A model generated the notes under the pieces. The model made no database searches. It saw only the letters and a program-made list of their open reading frames with translations, and was not told where the DNA came from. The position numbers and the translations under genes are program-made. Of a DNA stretch of 64,000 nt, positions 50,710 through 64,000 are shown piece by piece (position 1 is the first letter of the stretch; the number at the start of each line of letters is the position of its first letter). Source of the stretch: Octopus bimaculoides (Eukaryota); NCBI RefSeq assembly GCF_001194135.2, contig NC_068991.1, forward strand, positions 32,019,609 to 32,083,608, in the 5' to 3' direction.

Positions 50710-53700
50710 AGGGGGGGGAGAATTTGCGCAGCTGGACTTTTCAAAGGGAAATTACAGATGTTACTACAATTAACAAAGAATAAGCAAATTCAAAGACAGT
50801 CTTCAGTGACATGAGCGTTAATACTTCTTACAACTTCTAAGTGCTTGAAGTTAAATATTGTATTTTAAGCTGATTAAATTAAACAATTACACCTGCCAAT
50901 GGGAATGACAAGTCAAAGAGGGTACGTCAGCATGGTGACTAAAAATAGCAGCCAATTATGGCAAAAGTTACACCATATACCTTTAGAAAATAAAGACAAA
51001 ATAACTAATGTAATCTTAGGACTACTGTGTTTAAGAAAAAGATGAGCAGGTCACACCTGGAATGTCCTTGATTATGGTTCTCGACAAGGACTGATCTGGG
51101 ACAAAACAATATTAAACAACCAATAAATATGTGAAAATATCAGCTGCAACTGAAAGTAAATGAAGGACTTCAAAGATTTTCTCATATTTATGACATCTTC
51201 CAAAGGTTTTAAGACAATCCCACTGGAGAAGCCTAACCTTATTTACATAAAGAATAATTCTTTCTCTTCATCCTCTCCCACTAGCTGTAAATCATTTCAG
51301 ACATTATCTGAGAAAAGAAAATTCACTATAAACCCATTATATGGTGATGATAAAGCATTATCCCTGTCACTAACAATAGAACACAAAGTAAACTGACAGG
51401 TCAGAGATAACAACTAATCTATTAATAAAAGTGGGAGTATGATGGAAAAATAGAACATATTAAACAGAGAAAGCCAGGTTTAATTCCAGCTAGTTTTCTT
51501 CTACCTAAAAGATTCTTATGTGGCCCAGGCAACAGCTACCCTGCAATACAAATTTTAAAAGTAAATATTCTTTTCTACTCTAGGCAGAAGGCCTGAAATT
51601 TTGTGGGAGAGAGGCCAGTCAATTAGATGGACCCCAGTATGCAACTGGTATTTAATTTATCGACCTCAAAAGGATTAAAGGCAAAAGCAACCTCAGTGGA
51701 ATTTAACTCAGAACGTAAAGACAGACAAAAAATAAATATTAAACAAACTTGATTCAGCCACCCCAGCTCTGGATTTGTACACCAAATCCCTCTTTGTACT
51801 AACTATCAACCCTTCTTTCTAAAACTGTTTTACTTTATATCAAGCAAATTCATTTACAAAGTTATTGGTCAACCCACTGCACTTTTGGGTTGACCACACA
51901 CTGGGATTGAACTGGGAACTACGTAGTTATGGGGCATCTTTCTCAACTACACTGCCATAACTGGACCCATTTCCTCAAAATTCCCTGTTTGGTCAAGTTT
52001 AGTTATCTATTTGAAACAAACTAAATACAAACCACACTAACTACCATCAGTGTCCTAAGCTCCACACTATAACAGACATTATGTTTTATTAATTATGGGG
52101 AAAAACATGAGTCTAAAACACACACAAAAAATAAACAAATAAAAAAGTTACTTTACCCCCACCTCAATCAGGCAGTATACCTCTAAATAAAATTACAATT
52201 CTTATTATCTGCCTTTCATCATTCCATGATCAATAAAATACCTGTCAATTACTGAATCAATTGATTCAACTAAAGCCACCACCCCACCATACCTAAGTTA
52301 GTAACAATAATTATTATTTTGACAATAATCTAAGAATAATCACAATAGAATTATTTTTGTAGCCTCAGAAGATGAAATAGTTTGTTTTCTAATAACTGAT
52401 TTATATTTAAATTAAACCACACACTGTGGGATGATAAAGTTGATGGTGTGCATAACAGAACAAAGTGAGTATTAATAATAAATCAATAATTTTATTCTGA
52501 AATGTGATTTAAATGATTTACTTTCCCTCAGAAATACACACCCCAGGTTGGTATTCCCAGCCATTCAGAGATGATTTAGCTTTTCTCAATTCAAATCTCA
52601 CAAAAAATAAAATTAAATTAAAAACATACCAAAGTCCAGAGGAACCAACATAAAAGTGTCTCACCCTGCTAGAAATAGTCTGCAAGTTCCTCTAATTTTA
52701 TTATATCAAATTAAAAGATAAGTTGCATATCGAATAAAGGGGGTTGTTCATCATAAAAAATATATAAAAAAAAGAAAAAATGAACATAGTAGATTCATTA
52801 TTGAATATTTTCCCATGTACAATCTATATGTAATACAATCACTTCCAGATCCTTTGGTTGATACTAAACTGCTGGAGTTTCAGGTATGTATACATACATA
52901 GAGGTCAAAATGAAAGAGGATCAGGGAAAAATGGCACATGATGTGAAATTAACAAAACTCAACATAAAATATTTTCTATAGCTTCTTCACAATCTGTTGT
53001 AGTGGCTCACTTCATAATATACTGATGCACATTAGACATTAGTGTGGGAAAAAATTGACTTGGAATTCAACAGAGAAAAGGATATTGATTGTTAAACACC
53101 AAAAATTATCCAGATGTTTTATTAGCAACCTCAATCAAAATTGGGTCAAAACTGAGGCAAAATTTCTTGGAAAAATAGAACCAGTCACCTGAGTATTCTT
53201 CAAACTCTCTCAACAACAACTATGCTGACCAATTTTTACTGCTAAAGATGACGCAACAGTACAAAATAATGATGCAATTTCAAACAGGTAGGGAGAAAAT
53301 AATGAGAAATCAGAAGTTACTCATTCTGCCCCGACCTCTGATACATATATNNNNNNNNNNNNNNNNNNNNNNNNNNNNNNNNNNNNNNNNNNNNNNNNNN
53401 NNNNNNNNNNNNNNNNNNNNNNNNNNNNNNNNNNNNNNNNNNNNNNNNNNNNNNNNNNNNNNNNNNNNNNNNNNNNNNNNNNNNNNNNNNNNNNNNNNNN
53501 NNNNNNNNNNNNNNNNNNNNNNNNNNNNNNNNNNNNNNNNNNNNNNNNNNNNNNNNNNNNNNNNNNNNNNNNNNNNNNNNNNNNNNNNNNNNNNNNNNNN
53601 NNNNNNNNNNNNNNNNNNNNNNNNNNNNNNNNNNNNNNNNNNNNNNNNNNNNNNNNNNNNNNNNNNNNNNNNNNNNNNNNNNNNNNNNNNNNNNNNNNNN

Positions 53701-54339
53701 NNNNNNNNNNNNNNNNNNNNNNNNNNNNNNNNNNNNNNNNNNNNNNNNNNNNNNNNNNNNNNNNNNNNNNNNNNNNNNNNNNNNNNNNNNNNNNNNNNNN
53801 NNNNNNNNNNNNNNNNNNNNNNNNNNNNNNNNNNNNNNNNNNNNNNNNNNNNNNNNNNNNNNNNNNNNNNNNNNNNNNNNNNNNNNNNNNNNNNNNNNNN
53901 NNNNNNNNNNNNNNNNNNNNNNNNNNNNNNNNNNNNNNNNNNNNNNNNNNNNNNNNNNNNNNNNNNNNNNNNNNNNNNNNNNNNNNNNNNNNNNNNNNNN
54001 NNNNNNNNNNNNNNNNNNNNNNNNNNNNNNNNNNNNNNNNNNTAAGAAAAAACCCAAATTTTTTCCTGAACAAAATATAAGGGGTTTGTGGCATATTAGG
54101 TCAGATACTTGATTCCATGCTAAAATTCCAAGTTTTTTTTTTCTTAGTGAAAATATCGAAATTTACCAAATAAAATCAACGTTTTACTGTTTATACCTAC
54201 CATTAATACCCGCATAAAATACAAGATATATATCTAAGAGTGACAAACGGACTTGAGTGAAGTGGCAAATGTATAAAACATGTGCATGTGCAGTTACTCC
54301 AATATGTTTAAAGAGACTTCAATCTAACCCCACCTCTCA

Positions 54340-54760
54340 GGGATCACTGCCAGAGCAGCTGTCTGGCTTCCTTGCCGGTGGCATGTAAAAGCCCCATTTG
54401 AGCGTGATCGTTACCAGTGTCACCTTACTGGCACTTGTGCCAGTGGTACGTGAACAAAACATTTGAGCGAGGTTGTTGCCAGTGCCGCTGGACTGACTCC
54501 TGTGCAGGTTGCATGTAAAAGATAGCATCTGAGCATGGCTGTTGCCAGTACCGCCAGACTGGCCCTTGTGCCGGTAACACGTAAAAGCACCCACTACACT
54601 CTTAGAGTGGTTGGCGTTAGGAAAGGCATCCAGCTGTACAAACTCTGCCAGATCAGATTGGAGCCTGGTGCAGCCATCTGGTTTGCCAGTCCTCGGTCAA
54701 ATCGTTCAACCCATGCTAGCATGGAAAGCTGATGTTAAACGATGATGATGATGATGATAA
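54340..54760 (+). mobile_element. Further copy of the RTE 3'-end repeat
   Basis: Same GC-rich modules and tail as 17600-17970 and 23700-23953. Confidence 0.85.
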
Positions 54761-56221
54761 TATATNNNNNNNNNNNNNNNNNNNNNNNNNNNNNNNNNNN
54801 NNNNNNNNNNNNNNNNNNNNNNNNNNNNNNNNNNNNNNNNNNNNNNNNNNNNNNNNNNNNNNNNNNNNNNNNNNNNNNNNNNNNNNNNNNNNNNNNNNNN
54901 NNNNNNNNNNNNNNNNNNNNNNNNNNNNNNNNNNNNNNNNNNNNNNNNNNNNNNNNNNNNNNNNNNNNNNNNNNNNNNNNNNNNNNNNNNNNNNNNNNNN
55001 NNNNNNNNNNNNNNNNNNNNNNNNNNNNNNNNNNNNNNNNNNNNNNNNNNNNNNNNNNNNNNNNNNNNNNNNNNNNNNNNNNNNNNNNNNNNNNNNNNNN
55101 NNNNNNNNNNNNNNNNNNNNNNNNNNNNNNNNNNNNNNNNNNNNNNNNNNNNNNNNNNNNNNNNNNNNNNNNNNNNNNNNNNNNNNNNNNNNNNNNNNNN
55201 NNNNNNNNNNNNNNNNNNNNNNNNNNNNNNNNNNNNNNNNNNNNNNNNNNNNNNNNNNNNNNNNNNNNNNNNNNNNNNNNNNNNNNNNNNNNNNNNNNNN
55301 NNNNNNNNNNNNNNNNNNNNNNNNNNNNNNNNNNNNNNNNNNNNNNNNNNNNNNNNNNNNNNNNNNNNNNATATATGTATATGACATCACGTGCATATAC
55401 CCATATACATATTGAAAAATCAACCACAGTACTTATTTTTTAAGCCTGGTACTATCGGTTTCTAATAGCAAACTGCTAAGTTACAGGGATGACAACAAAA
55501 AAAAAACACTAGTTGTCTGAGGAGATGCAAACACAATCATATACACACACACAACAGGCTTTTTTCAGTTCTCCAGTCTAGGGCTATAGAAGACTTTGTT
55601 AGCACAGAGGAAATGAATTCTGAACCATGTCACTTTTATGTACACACACACACACACACACACACACAGTGTCAGATGCAGATGGCAGTGGAACATCTGC
55701 AGTGGTTGTACAGGCTACATGGAGTAGCAGTCTTGCATGCAGTGACTGTAATTGAAGATGCTCACCATCGGCACTAGATATATGGATGGATGGACACACA
55801 CACACACAAACAAACAAACACACTAATGGACATAAATATATATTCTCTCTCTATCTTTTCCTTTCAATCCTTTCTGTTGAAGACTTTTACTTTCTTCCAG
55901 AGCGTCAAACTAATACACCTGCTTTTTGTTCCCTCACCTGTCTTCATCTTTTGTTTTCTGTGAATTTGAACTACACAGCTATATATATGTGCGTGTGCTT
56001 TTCAAAGTGACACACAGTCACTGATCTCATAAGTAGAAAAATTATTATATACAAATATTCACACACAAACATAGATACATGCTAAAGCATGAAACTCTCT
56101 CCCCTTGAGTCACTGTTGCTTTTACTCTGTGTGTGTGTGTGTGCATATACACACACACTCTCTCATGTTTTTGAGTTCTATTTTTCCTGTTTGCATCACC
56201 AAACCTATATATCTGTTTTCC

Positions 56222-56295
<74 letters not shown>

Positions 56296-57543
56296 ATGTT
56301 TTTGCATTTAGTTTGCAAGATTCTTTATGACTCTTCCCAAACACTAAAGGAATGCTAAATGGATGGCGACTGTGGAACATACAGAGTTCTCTTCAGTACA
56401 CACCCTTCAATCTAACATATACACTCACTCCAATAATTATATAAGCTTATGAAGGGGGGACTAGAGAAAGAAAAATGCAAGATTGTGAGATTTATAAAAT
56501 CTGGTTATTACTGAGTCTGAGAAGATTTAGATTACGGTATAATTGTGAAACACTTTTAAAATAGGTGTAAGGGTATTGGTTGTTTGGTCTCAGCTCAATC
56601 CTGATTAAGAAGACCCATAATCAATGACATTCCAGCTACGACAATCTCGTCCAAGTCTTTTGTTTTCTCGTAGACAGTGATTTGTGGGAGATTTACCTGC
56701 TATTTCTAGCAGATCCTGTAATCACATAGAGATTAGTTTGTTGTTGATGCAGGAAATAAACGAGAAATTGTTGCAGAGCTGAAGCGGGGTGGGTGTTTCA
56801 GTGAAATAAAAGATATTTTATTTTCTTGTTTAGTGAAGCACCTTGTTGAATGGTGAGGGGATATTTCAAGCGGTCCGGTAAAATTCGTAAATTATATTTA
56901 TAAATTCCACCCCCACCCGCAACACACATACGCGCGCGTACGTATGTGCTTGTGTATTGATGTGTGTATTTTTTTTATAGAAGACCTAAGATTTGTGAGA
57001 ATTACAACTACGACTTAAGTTACATAAAATAATCGAACAATTTGCTCCCAAAATATAAATTATATTATTATTTAAAGTGAGCCATTACAGTTCCCAGAGA
57101 GACAGTACATAAATAGCTTCAGAACCAAGTAAAACGGCAAGTGTATATTTCAACATACTTGCATACGGTATATCAGTATATTATATGTTTGTGTAGAGAA
57201 AGAGCGATACAGATATTTAGATATATACACACATACATTTGTGAGTACATTATATCATATGTCTGTATTATACGTGTGTGCGCGCTGTGATCGCACATTA
57301 ATGAAATCCGACGAAAAAAAGAAAGAATGGCCAGCGAGGTTGTGAGAAGGGAGAACAATATTTCAATGAAGCGACAAAAGACGGAAGCCAGCAGTTGCTG
57401 CCACAATCCGCCGGAATGGTGAAGAAACAGGAGTAAAAAAGACAATGTTGTAGAGTTAAAAAACAGAAGCAACAAGTCAACATTGTAGTATCCTTTCAAC
57501 GTCTTTAAAGTATGATTAAATGCAGAAAGAAATGGATTTTTAC

Positions 57544-57557
57544 CTGTGGACATGTTT
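57544..57557 (-). CDS. Candidate 14-nt exon carrying the start codon of a short reticulon isoform (AAAC ATG TCC ACA G; M-S-T-V-LDLIYW)
   Basis: Long T-rich tract plus ttag acceptor, CAG|gtaaaa donor, invertebrate Kozak-like AAACATG. It ends in phase 1, the phase needed by the exon starting at 36179. No transcript evidence available. Confidence 0.5.
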
Positions 57558-58294
57558 CTAAATAAATAAAAAAATAAACAAAAGGTTTAACTGGAATGAA
57601 ATAAATCCTGTTTGGAGTTGAATGTCTGAACAGGGTTCAGATTCAGTCCTTCTCCTGTAGTTTCAGTACTACAACTACTATTACATTAATGTCTACATCT
57701 ACCGCTGCTCTGTACCCCTCTCTCTTATGAACCGCCCCCTTTCTTCAATAAATATACCTTTTGTCTCTCCATTCATTCTTTTCATTCAAATCCTGATTTG
57801 TCACAAACTCTCTCATGCAACTCTGCCTGGCATGTCCTTTCTCTCTATGCCTTGTCTGTCAAAACAATTATAATTAAATATAATAATGGACAAATAATAA
57901 TGTGCTCATCGAAAACAGAGAGACACTTTCCTCTTTTAGACTTTGTCATTGTTTGTATAATAGTTCAGTTTATTTATTAGTGACAATTAAAGGTTAGATT
58001 CTGGCTATCTAGGAATAGACATAATCTTTTATTTAGTTTTGCTAATATTAGCGATTGAAAGAGAAAACAGAACGTTACACTCCAACATCGCCTTTATAAA
58101 ACAAATTTACAGGTTGATGTCATGAGAAGCAATGGGGAAATGTTTTGGGCAAAGCGTTTCATATACAGAAATAAACAAACTTTAGATCATTCAAATATGT
58201 CCGAAATACGTTTGAGACATTTGAACCTGCAAACACTGTATGTGTACACACACACACATGCGTATATATTTATTTGTATGCGTGTTTACGTGTT

Positions 58295-58338
<44 letters not shown>

Positions 58339-59492
58339 NNNNNNNNNNNNNNNNNNNNNNNNNNNNNNNNNNNNNNNNNNNNNNNNNNNNNNNNNNNNNN
58401 NNNNNNNNNNNNNNNNNNNAAAACTCAATTAAATTCAATTTATCAAAAATTAAAATTAAATTAAGTTACACAGTATAAGATATATAAATATATAATTTAG
58501 AGAAAAGAACCAAAGTTCATGAACTTATCCATGAAAATCCGCAGTCACATATAGAAAAAATACACGATAAATAAGTATAATAAAATACAAAGTAAAAATC
58601 ATAAAATAATAATAATAATAATAATGATAATAATATATAGATAGATAGATATATACACACACATACATAGAGAGAGAGAGAGAGAGATACACATTTTATA
58701 CACACATACATGTATATAGGATGTCCTAAAAGCATTGTTTAATGCTTGTAATCCACTCTGCCCCACATATCACATATCATTTCCCTTCTCCACTTTCTTT
58801 GCAATACCAGGTACCTCCTTCTCTTGGATCCACTTCTATCCCTTATCCTCCTTGTCTCATACTATTTTTGCCAGATCACCTCTTTCCGGTGCCTTCAGTT
58901 ATCTCTTTCCTCTACCATACTCCATTTTAACACCTCACATATCTGCTGTCATTCTCAACACCCTCTCGTATCTGGCGTCACATTCCACTAAAACCACATT
59001 TATGTACAACAACTCCTTCCTCACTTACTCTTGCACATCACCCCTCTTCCTTCTGGTCTATCCTCCTTCCTGAGCTACTTCTCTCACCCTCTTTCTCTCT
59101 CTCTCTCTCACTTAACCCACTCTCTATACTGGTATTTCACATCAACTGCTCCTCCACTCTTGTTCATCACTCTCTACATTCACCTTCACTCCCATTTCTA
59201 ACCATCTGTTACACTCTTCTTGTATTCTTATAAAACTACACCCAACCCGCTCACTCACCCATCCACAGTCCATATCCTCTCCTATGCTCACCTTGTGAAT
59301 TTGCTTAACTCCATCACTACAATCTTTATCTCCTTCCTAACAACTCCCACCCAAATTTTATGTAATGTGAAGCCATATATCTTTTCTATGTTTGTCTCTT
59401 CTATTATATATATCCCATGCCTGCATGGAAAATGATGTTGATAACACTGATGATTATGCACATGTTATCTAAGTACATCTTATCTTTAATAT

Positions 59493-59871
59493 TTTACTTG
59501 TTTCAGTCATTAAACTGTGGCCATGCTGGAGCACTCCTTTCAAGGGACTGTTGAAACAAATGGAATCCAGTACTTTATAAGCCTAATACTTATTGTAAGG
59601 GCCTCTTTTACTGAACTGTCAAGCTACGGGGATATAAACAAATCAATACTGGTAGTCAAGTAGTGTTGGAGACAATCACAACACACATGTACATACATAC
59701 ATATACATAATGGATTTCTTTCAGTTTCTGTTTACCATATCCACTCACAAGGCTTTGATTGACCTACAGCTTATAGTACAAGACACTTGCCTAAGGTAAT
59801 GTGTGCTAGCACTGAAATCAAAATCACATGGTTAGGAAGCAAGCTTCTTAAACACAGCAATGTCTGCACCT
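59493..59871 (-). mobile_element. Older SINE (family A), reverse orientation
   Basis: ttttacttgtttcagtcatt...catgctggagcac...agacacttgcctaaggt, a diverged reverse copy. Confidence 0.75.
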
Positions 59872-59889
59872 ATGTATGTATGTATGTAT

Positions 59890-60255
59890 AGGCACAGGAG
59901 TGGCTACCAACCACATGGTTCCAGGTTCAGTCCCACTGTGTGGCACCTTGGGCAAGTGTCTTCTACTATAGCGTCGGGCCGACCAAAACCTTGTGAGTGG
60001 ATTTGGTAGACAGAAACTGAAAGAAGCCTGTTGTATATATGTATATATATATGTGTGTGCGTGTATGTTTGTCCCCCTAGCATTGCTTGACAACTGATGC
60101 TGGTGTGTTTACGTCCCCGTCACTTAGCGGTTTGGCAAAAGAGACCGATAGAATAAGTACTAGGCTTACAAAGAATAAGTCCCGGGCTCGATTTGCTCGA
60201 ATAAAGGCGGTGCTCCAGCATGGCCGCAGTCAAATGACTGAAACAAGTAAAAGAG
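59890..60255 (+). mobile_element. Near full-length tRNA-derived SINE (family A)
   Basis: Head aggcacaggagtggct...ggttccaggttcagtcccactgtgtggcaccttgggcaagtgtcttc, internal (TA/TG) tract, tail gtcaaatgactgaaacaagtaaaagag. Confidence 0.85.
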
Positions 60256-60776
60256 TATGCGTATGCATATACACACACACACATAAGATTCTTAAATACT
60301 TAAATTGAGACACCTTGTTAGGTCGGTATAATCCACATACTCAAACAATATTAATTGAATATTGAATATCAAGACTCCATGCAGGGGTGTTTGTACCTGA
60401 TATTCCTGCCATGTGCAGGCAATGCAACCCAGCTAAGTGAAGATATCTTGGTCTTAGTAATTCAGACATGTACTTTTTATAAAGGTACTTTCTATAGTAT
60501 TTCTGAAGTGCAGATTCCAAGCTGAATAGAATATTCACCTAGCTTGTTTATAAGCTTTAAACTTATAAAATATTATTATTATCATTTAGATATGTATATA
60601 AAATACCAACATCCTATACCGCGTGACCTTTCTCGACCAGTAGTAAACATTGACTCTCTTCAATTGAACTCTCATTCAGACCCCAATGGCCGAAGATTAG
60701 CCACATGCTTGAAACCGTTTGATCTATACATGTAACTCCCAATAAATGTGTTGAGTGCTCTTCTTTTGTTTGTCCA

Positions 60777-60838
<62 letters not shown>

Positions 60839-60840
<2 letters not shown>

Positions 60841-61213
60841 CTTTTACTTGTTTCAGTCATTTTGACTGCGGCCATGCTGGAGCGCCACCTTTAGTCGAAC
60901 AAATCGACTCCTGGACTTATTCTTTGTAAGCCTAGTACTTATTCTATTGGTCTCTTTTGCCAAACCGCTAAGTTACGAGGAAGTCAACTTACCAACATTG
61001 GTTGTCAAGCGATGGTGGAGGGACAAACTCAGATACACAAATACAAACATATATACGATGGGCTTCTTTTAGTTTCCGTCTACCAAATGCATTCACAAGG
61101 CTTTGGTTGGCCTGCAGCTACAGTAGAAGACACTTACTTGTCCAAGGTGCCACGCAGTGGAACTGAACCTGGAATCATATGGTTTGGAAGCAAGCTTCTT
61201 ACCACACAGCCAC
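60839..61213 (-). mobile_element. Near full-length SINE (family A), reverse orientation
   Basis: Reverse complement of the 59890-60255 copy along its length. Confidence 0.85.
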
Positions 61214-64000
61214 AGTAATCCCTGGACTGTTGTGGGTGTTACACTCCCCCCTCCCCGCGACAGGTGAACCACGATATGGTGAAGGATTACTGTATACACA
61301 CACACACACGTGTGCATGTATATACACACACAGACTCACACACATATATATAATGAGGAATTAATAGTGAGAACATTTGATTCAACAAGTTGATGGTAAA
61401 AGCTGTTGAGTTTCTGCTTCAATGAAGAAACGAAAGAAGCAACAAGTGGCTGGCAACTTGAATGAGATGACAGCCTGCTGCCATGGCTCCTTTCTTCTTT
61501 GCCAGATAAGAAGATTAAAATACAATGATTATGTTGTGGATGATGAAAGTAATGATGATTATGGTAAGAGGTTGAACAGAGCTCTATACCATAACTTCAA
61601 TAAATTCATTAATTTCACAATTAATTCTATTGACAGAAGTACAAGGAAGGAGAAAGAGAGAGAAAGAATAATATAATAAAAAATGTATACATAGATATAT
61701 ACAGTATGTGTATGTATCTGTCAGATATTTATATATACACACAAGTATGCGTGAGCATCTATCTTTCTGTGAGTGTGAATATGCATACATATATATATAT
61801 CATGCATGTTTGTATATATATATATATATAATCATCCTATATACTCTCATCAACAGACTATGCTGGCATAGATTGGACAAGTCATCACAGTCCAAGTCAG
61901 TTCTTATCTAGAGTTACTACTCTCCCTGATGGGCCATGTTTGCACATGATGTGAACAGAAGAACCAAAAATGAAAGCAAGTGGGAGACTGATGGGAGCAG
62001 CAGAGTGGTTGGGATATGATGGTGATGAGAAGAATCAGAATGATGGGTAATGGTTAGAATAGATGATGAATGTCAATACCATGTGCGAATAAAACTGGAG
62101 GGTATGGCGAACATGCAGATCTGATCTGATTCTTCAAGATGGGCAAGAAAGCTAAAGGAAGAAAGAGTGGAGAGGGAGGTGTTGAGGGTTGAAAAGGTGA
62201 GGAAGTCAGATAAGTCTGGTGATATCTCTAGTTAAACTGGAAGTGTGATCTAGTAGGGAGGAGAAAACCACTACCATCCGCAGTTATACTGACAGTACAG
62301 TATGAGAGTTAGTTCAATTATTTGGTCATGGTTTTATGTCAGTCTTTCTGTGTTTGCAGTTTCCTGACTCTAATAAGTGATCTCTTAAAGAGATCACTTA
62401 TTCAAAAGGACTTTGAAGTGTGCAAAGAATTTGCATTCATTTTCCATGCTGACATAGGTAGGACAATATGACAAGTGTGTGTGTGCATAATTATCTATAT
62501 GTTTCTGTAGGTGTATGTGTGCATATATGTGTTTGTATTTATAGGTCGGTTCAGAATAACTAAATGGTTAAAAAAATTCACTTGGCAACTATGTGATCCT
62601 GGGTACAGTATTTGGGAACATGTCATTTTCTATAGCCTTGGATCAACCTATACCTTCTGAATGAAACTGCTTAGAATCCTGTTGGGTGAATTTTGCTTGT
62701 AACTGAAGAGGTTTGGCCTTGTCACACACACTCTCATGCTGATTCTGCCTGAGAATTATGTTATAGATTCAAACATCTGTGGAATATTCAGCTATTGACA
62801 TGTTAATTCAGGAGCAGAAAATTCAGCTGATTAAATAATTGAATTATTATCATCAAAGGATAGAGATCCACAACTACAGAAGATGGGATAAGCAGAGAGA
62901 GAGAGGGGGGCAGGGAGACAGAGAGTTAGGGTGAAGCTTTATTTCTTTGACTTTATTTTTTTATATAAACCTAGGGACAGTAGAGTCACATCTTGATACA
63001 CAACAGTAGCTGCTATGGAAACCACAGTGATATTTTTTGTTTTATTTCTTCATTATTCATCCTCCACCCAGACTCCTGAGAAGAAAAATATGACCAGACA
63101 GAAAGTGTATGAGTATGGATAGTTGGGGTGGGGTGGGGTTGTACAGTGTACAGAGAGAAAGAGTGTGTGTGTGTGTGTTTGTGTGTGTACAGGAAGGTAC
63201 ATAACAAGTATATTTGAAAGAGTGAGCAACAGTATGTCTGCCAGGGTTAAAATGAGAAATACAAAAGTCATTTCTATGAAAATGCATCCAAAGCTGTGTA
63301 CGTGCGAGCACGCGCACGCACACACACACACAAGGGATGTGAGCTAGTTCATCATTCTAAACTGTTGCAGCCCAACAAACAGAGGTTGACTGTTTGAAAT
63401 TGTGACCTCTGTTGTGATGCCCATGCCTTCATAACATCAAGGACAGAGAATAAGATAAAAATGAAAATAATCAAAGGAGACTGAAAAACAGAGTTGATAA
63501 AGGAAAGATATTTAGATAGGGGAAATGACGTAGTGGCATTAAGGAAAAAAAATCACATGACTGTAAATAATGAATGGTTTCATATTTAGTCATAGTGAAA
63601 AAACAAATAAGAACTATATAAAGCTGTCTCCTTCTCTCTCTCTCTGTAGACTAGGAGATCCTGCTGTAAGAACAATAAGGTTCCTTCCCATCCTCTTTCT
63701 GTAAAACGGGAGATCCTTCTGCAAGAGCTATAAAGTTGCATCCCACCCCCCTCTCTCTCTTAAACTAGGAGATCCATTTCTGTGTGTTTTGACAATACAG
63801 GATTGAGGAAACCTGTGCTATGTTTCAGGAAACTCACTGAGTGAGCCTTTCTGTGGTCAATCAACCATAGCAGTTAAATCTTTCTCAAATCACACTTTAC
63901 CTACTGTCCTAGATTAAGGAAGATATATTGGACAATGTGATCACTAATGTGTAAAAAAGATGTGATGATCATAACTGGAAAGCTTTTGATTATAACTCTG

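Noticed and set aside
52630-52665. 36-nt segment with a TTG|gtatgt donor on the minus strand
   Set aside because: The acceptor comes from a common repeat motif (gctagaaatag), and the segment has a stop in phase 1, the phase required in this intron.
58735-59420. Pyrimidine-rich ORFs (112 aa and others)
   Set aside because: Low-complexity strand-biased sequence with no recognisable motif; possibly an old LINE remnant, but not assignable.

Overview
AT-rich, microsatellite- and SINE-dense animal genomic DNA with many N-gaps. The SINE families, (GAT)n-tailed RTE elements and (TA)/(CA) arrays look cephalopod, probably Octopus; this is inference from repeat style, not a database match. The main gene is a reticulon on the minus strand. 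Six exons of its reticulon-homology domain can be read directly: 36179-35972, 33779-33641, 28828-28759, 27661-27615, 24326-24268 and 11141-11093, of 208/139/70/47/59/49 nt. All have canonical AG/GT sites, and they join into one open frame ending ...VQSKLPFLKKKAKAQ*. A candidate 14-nt start-codon exon lies at 57557-57544. An unidentified plus-strand gene converges on it: a donor site at base 1 and a terminal coding exon at 4596-4744. The introns carry decayed mariner, Tigger/pogo, RTE and CR1/L2-like LINE copies, a probable Helitron, MITE/foldback elements and many SINEs. The most interesting unexplained structure is in the last reticulon intron. It holds four candidate microexons (18, 6, 5 and 7 nt) that would rewrite the C-terminal helix and the KxKxx ER-retrieval end. 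It also holds a dead duplicate of the 59-nt exon and a ~100-bp inverted repeat that could mask the 3' splice site of the 18-nt exon. All microexon calls rest on splice-site sequence alone and need RNA evidence. No CRISPR array, rRNA or tRNA gene was seen.
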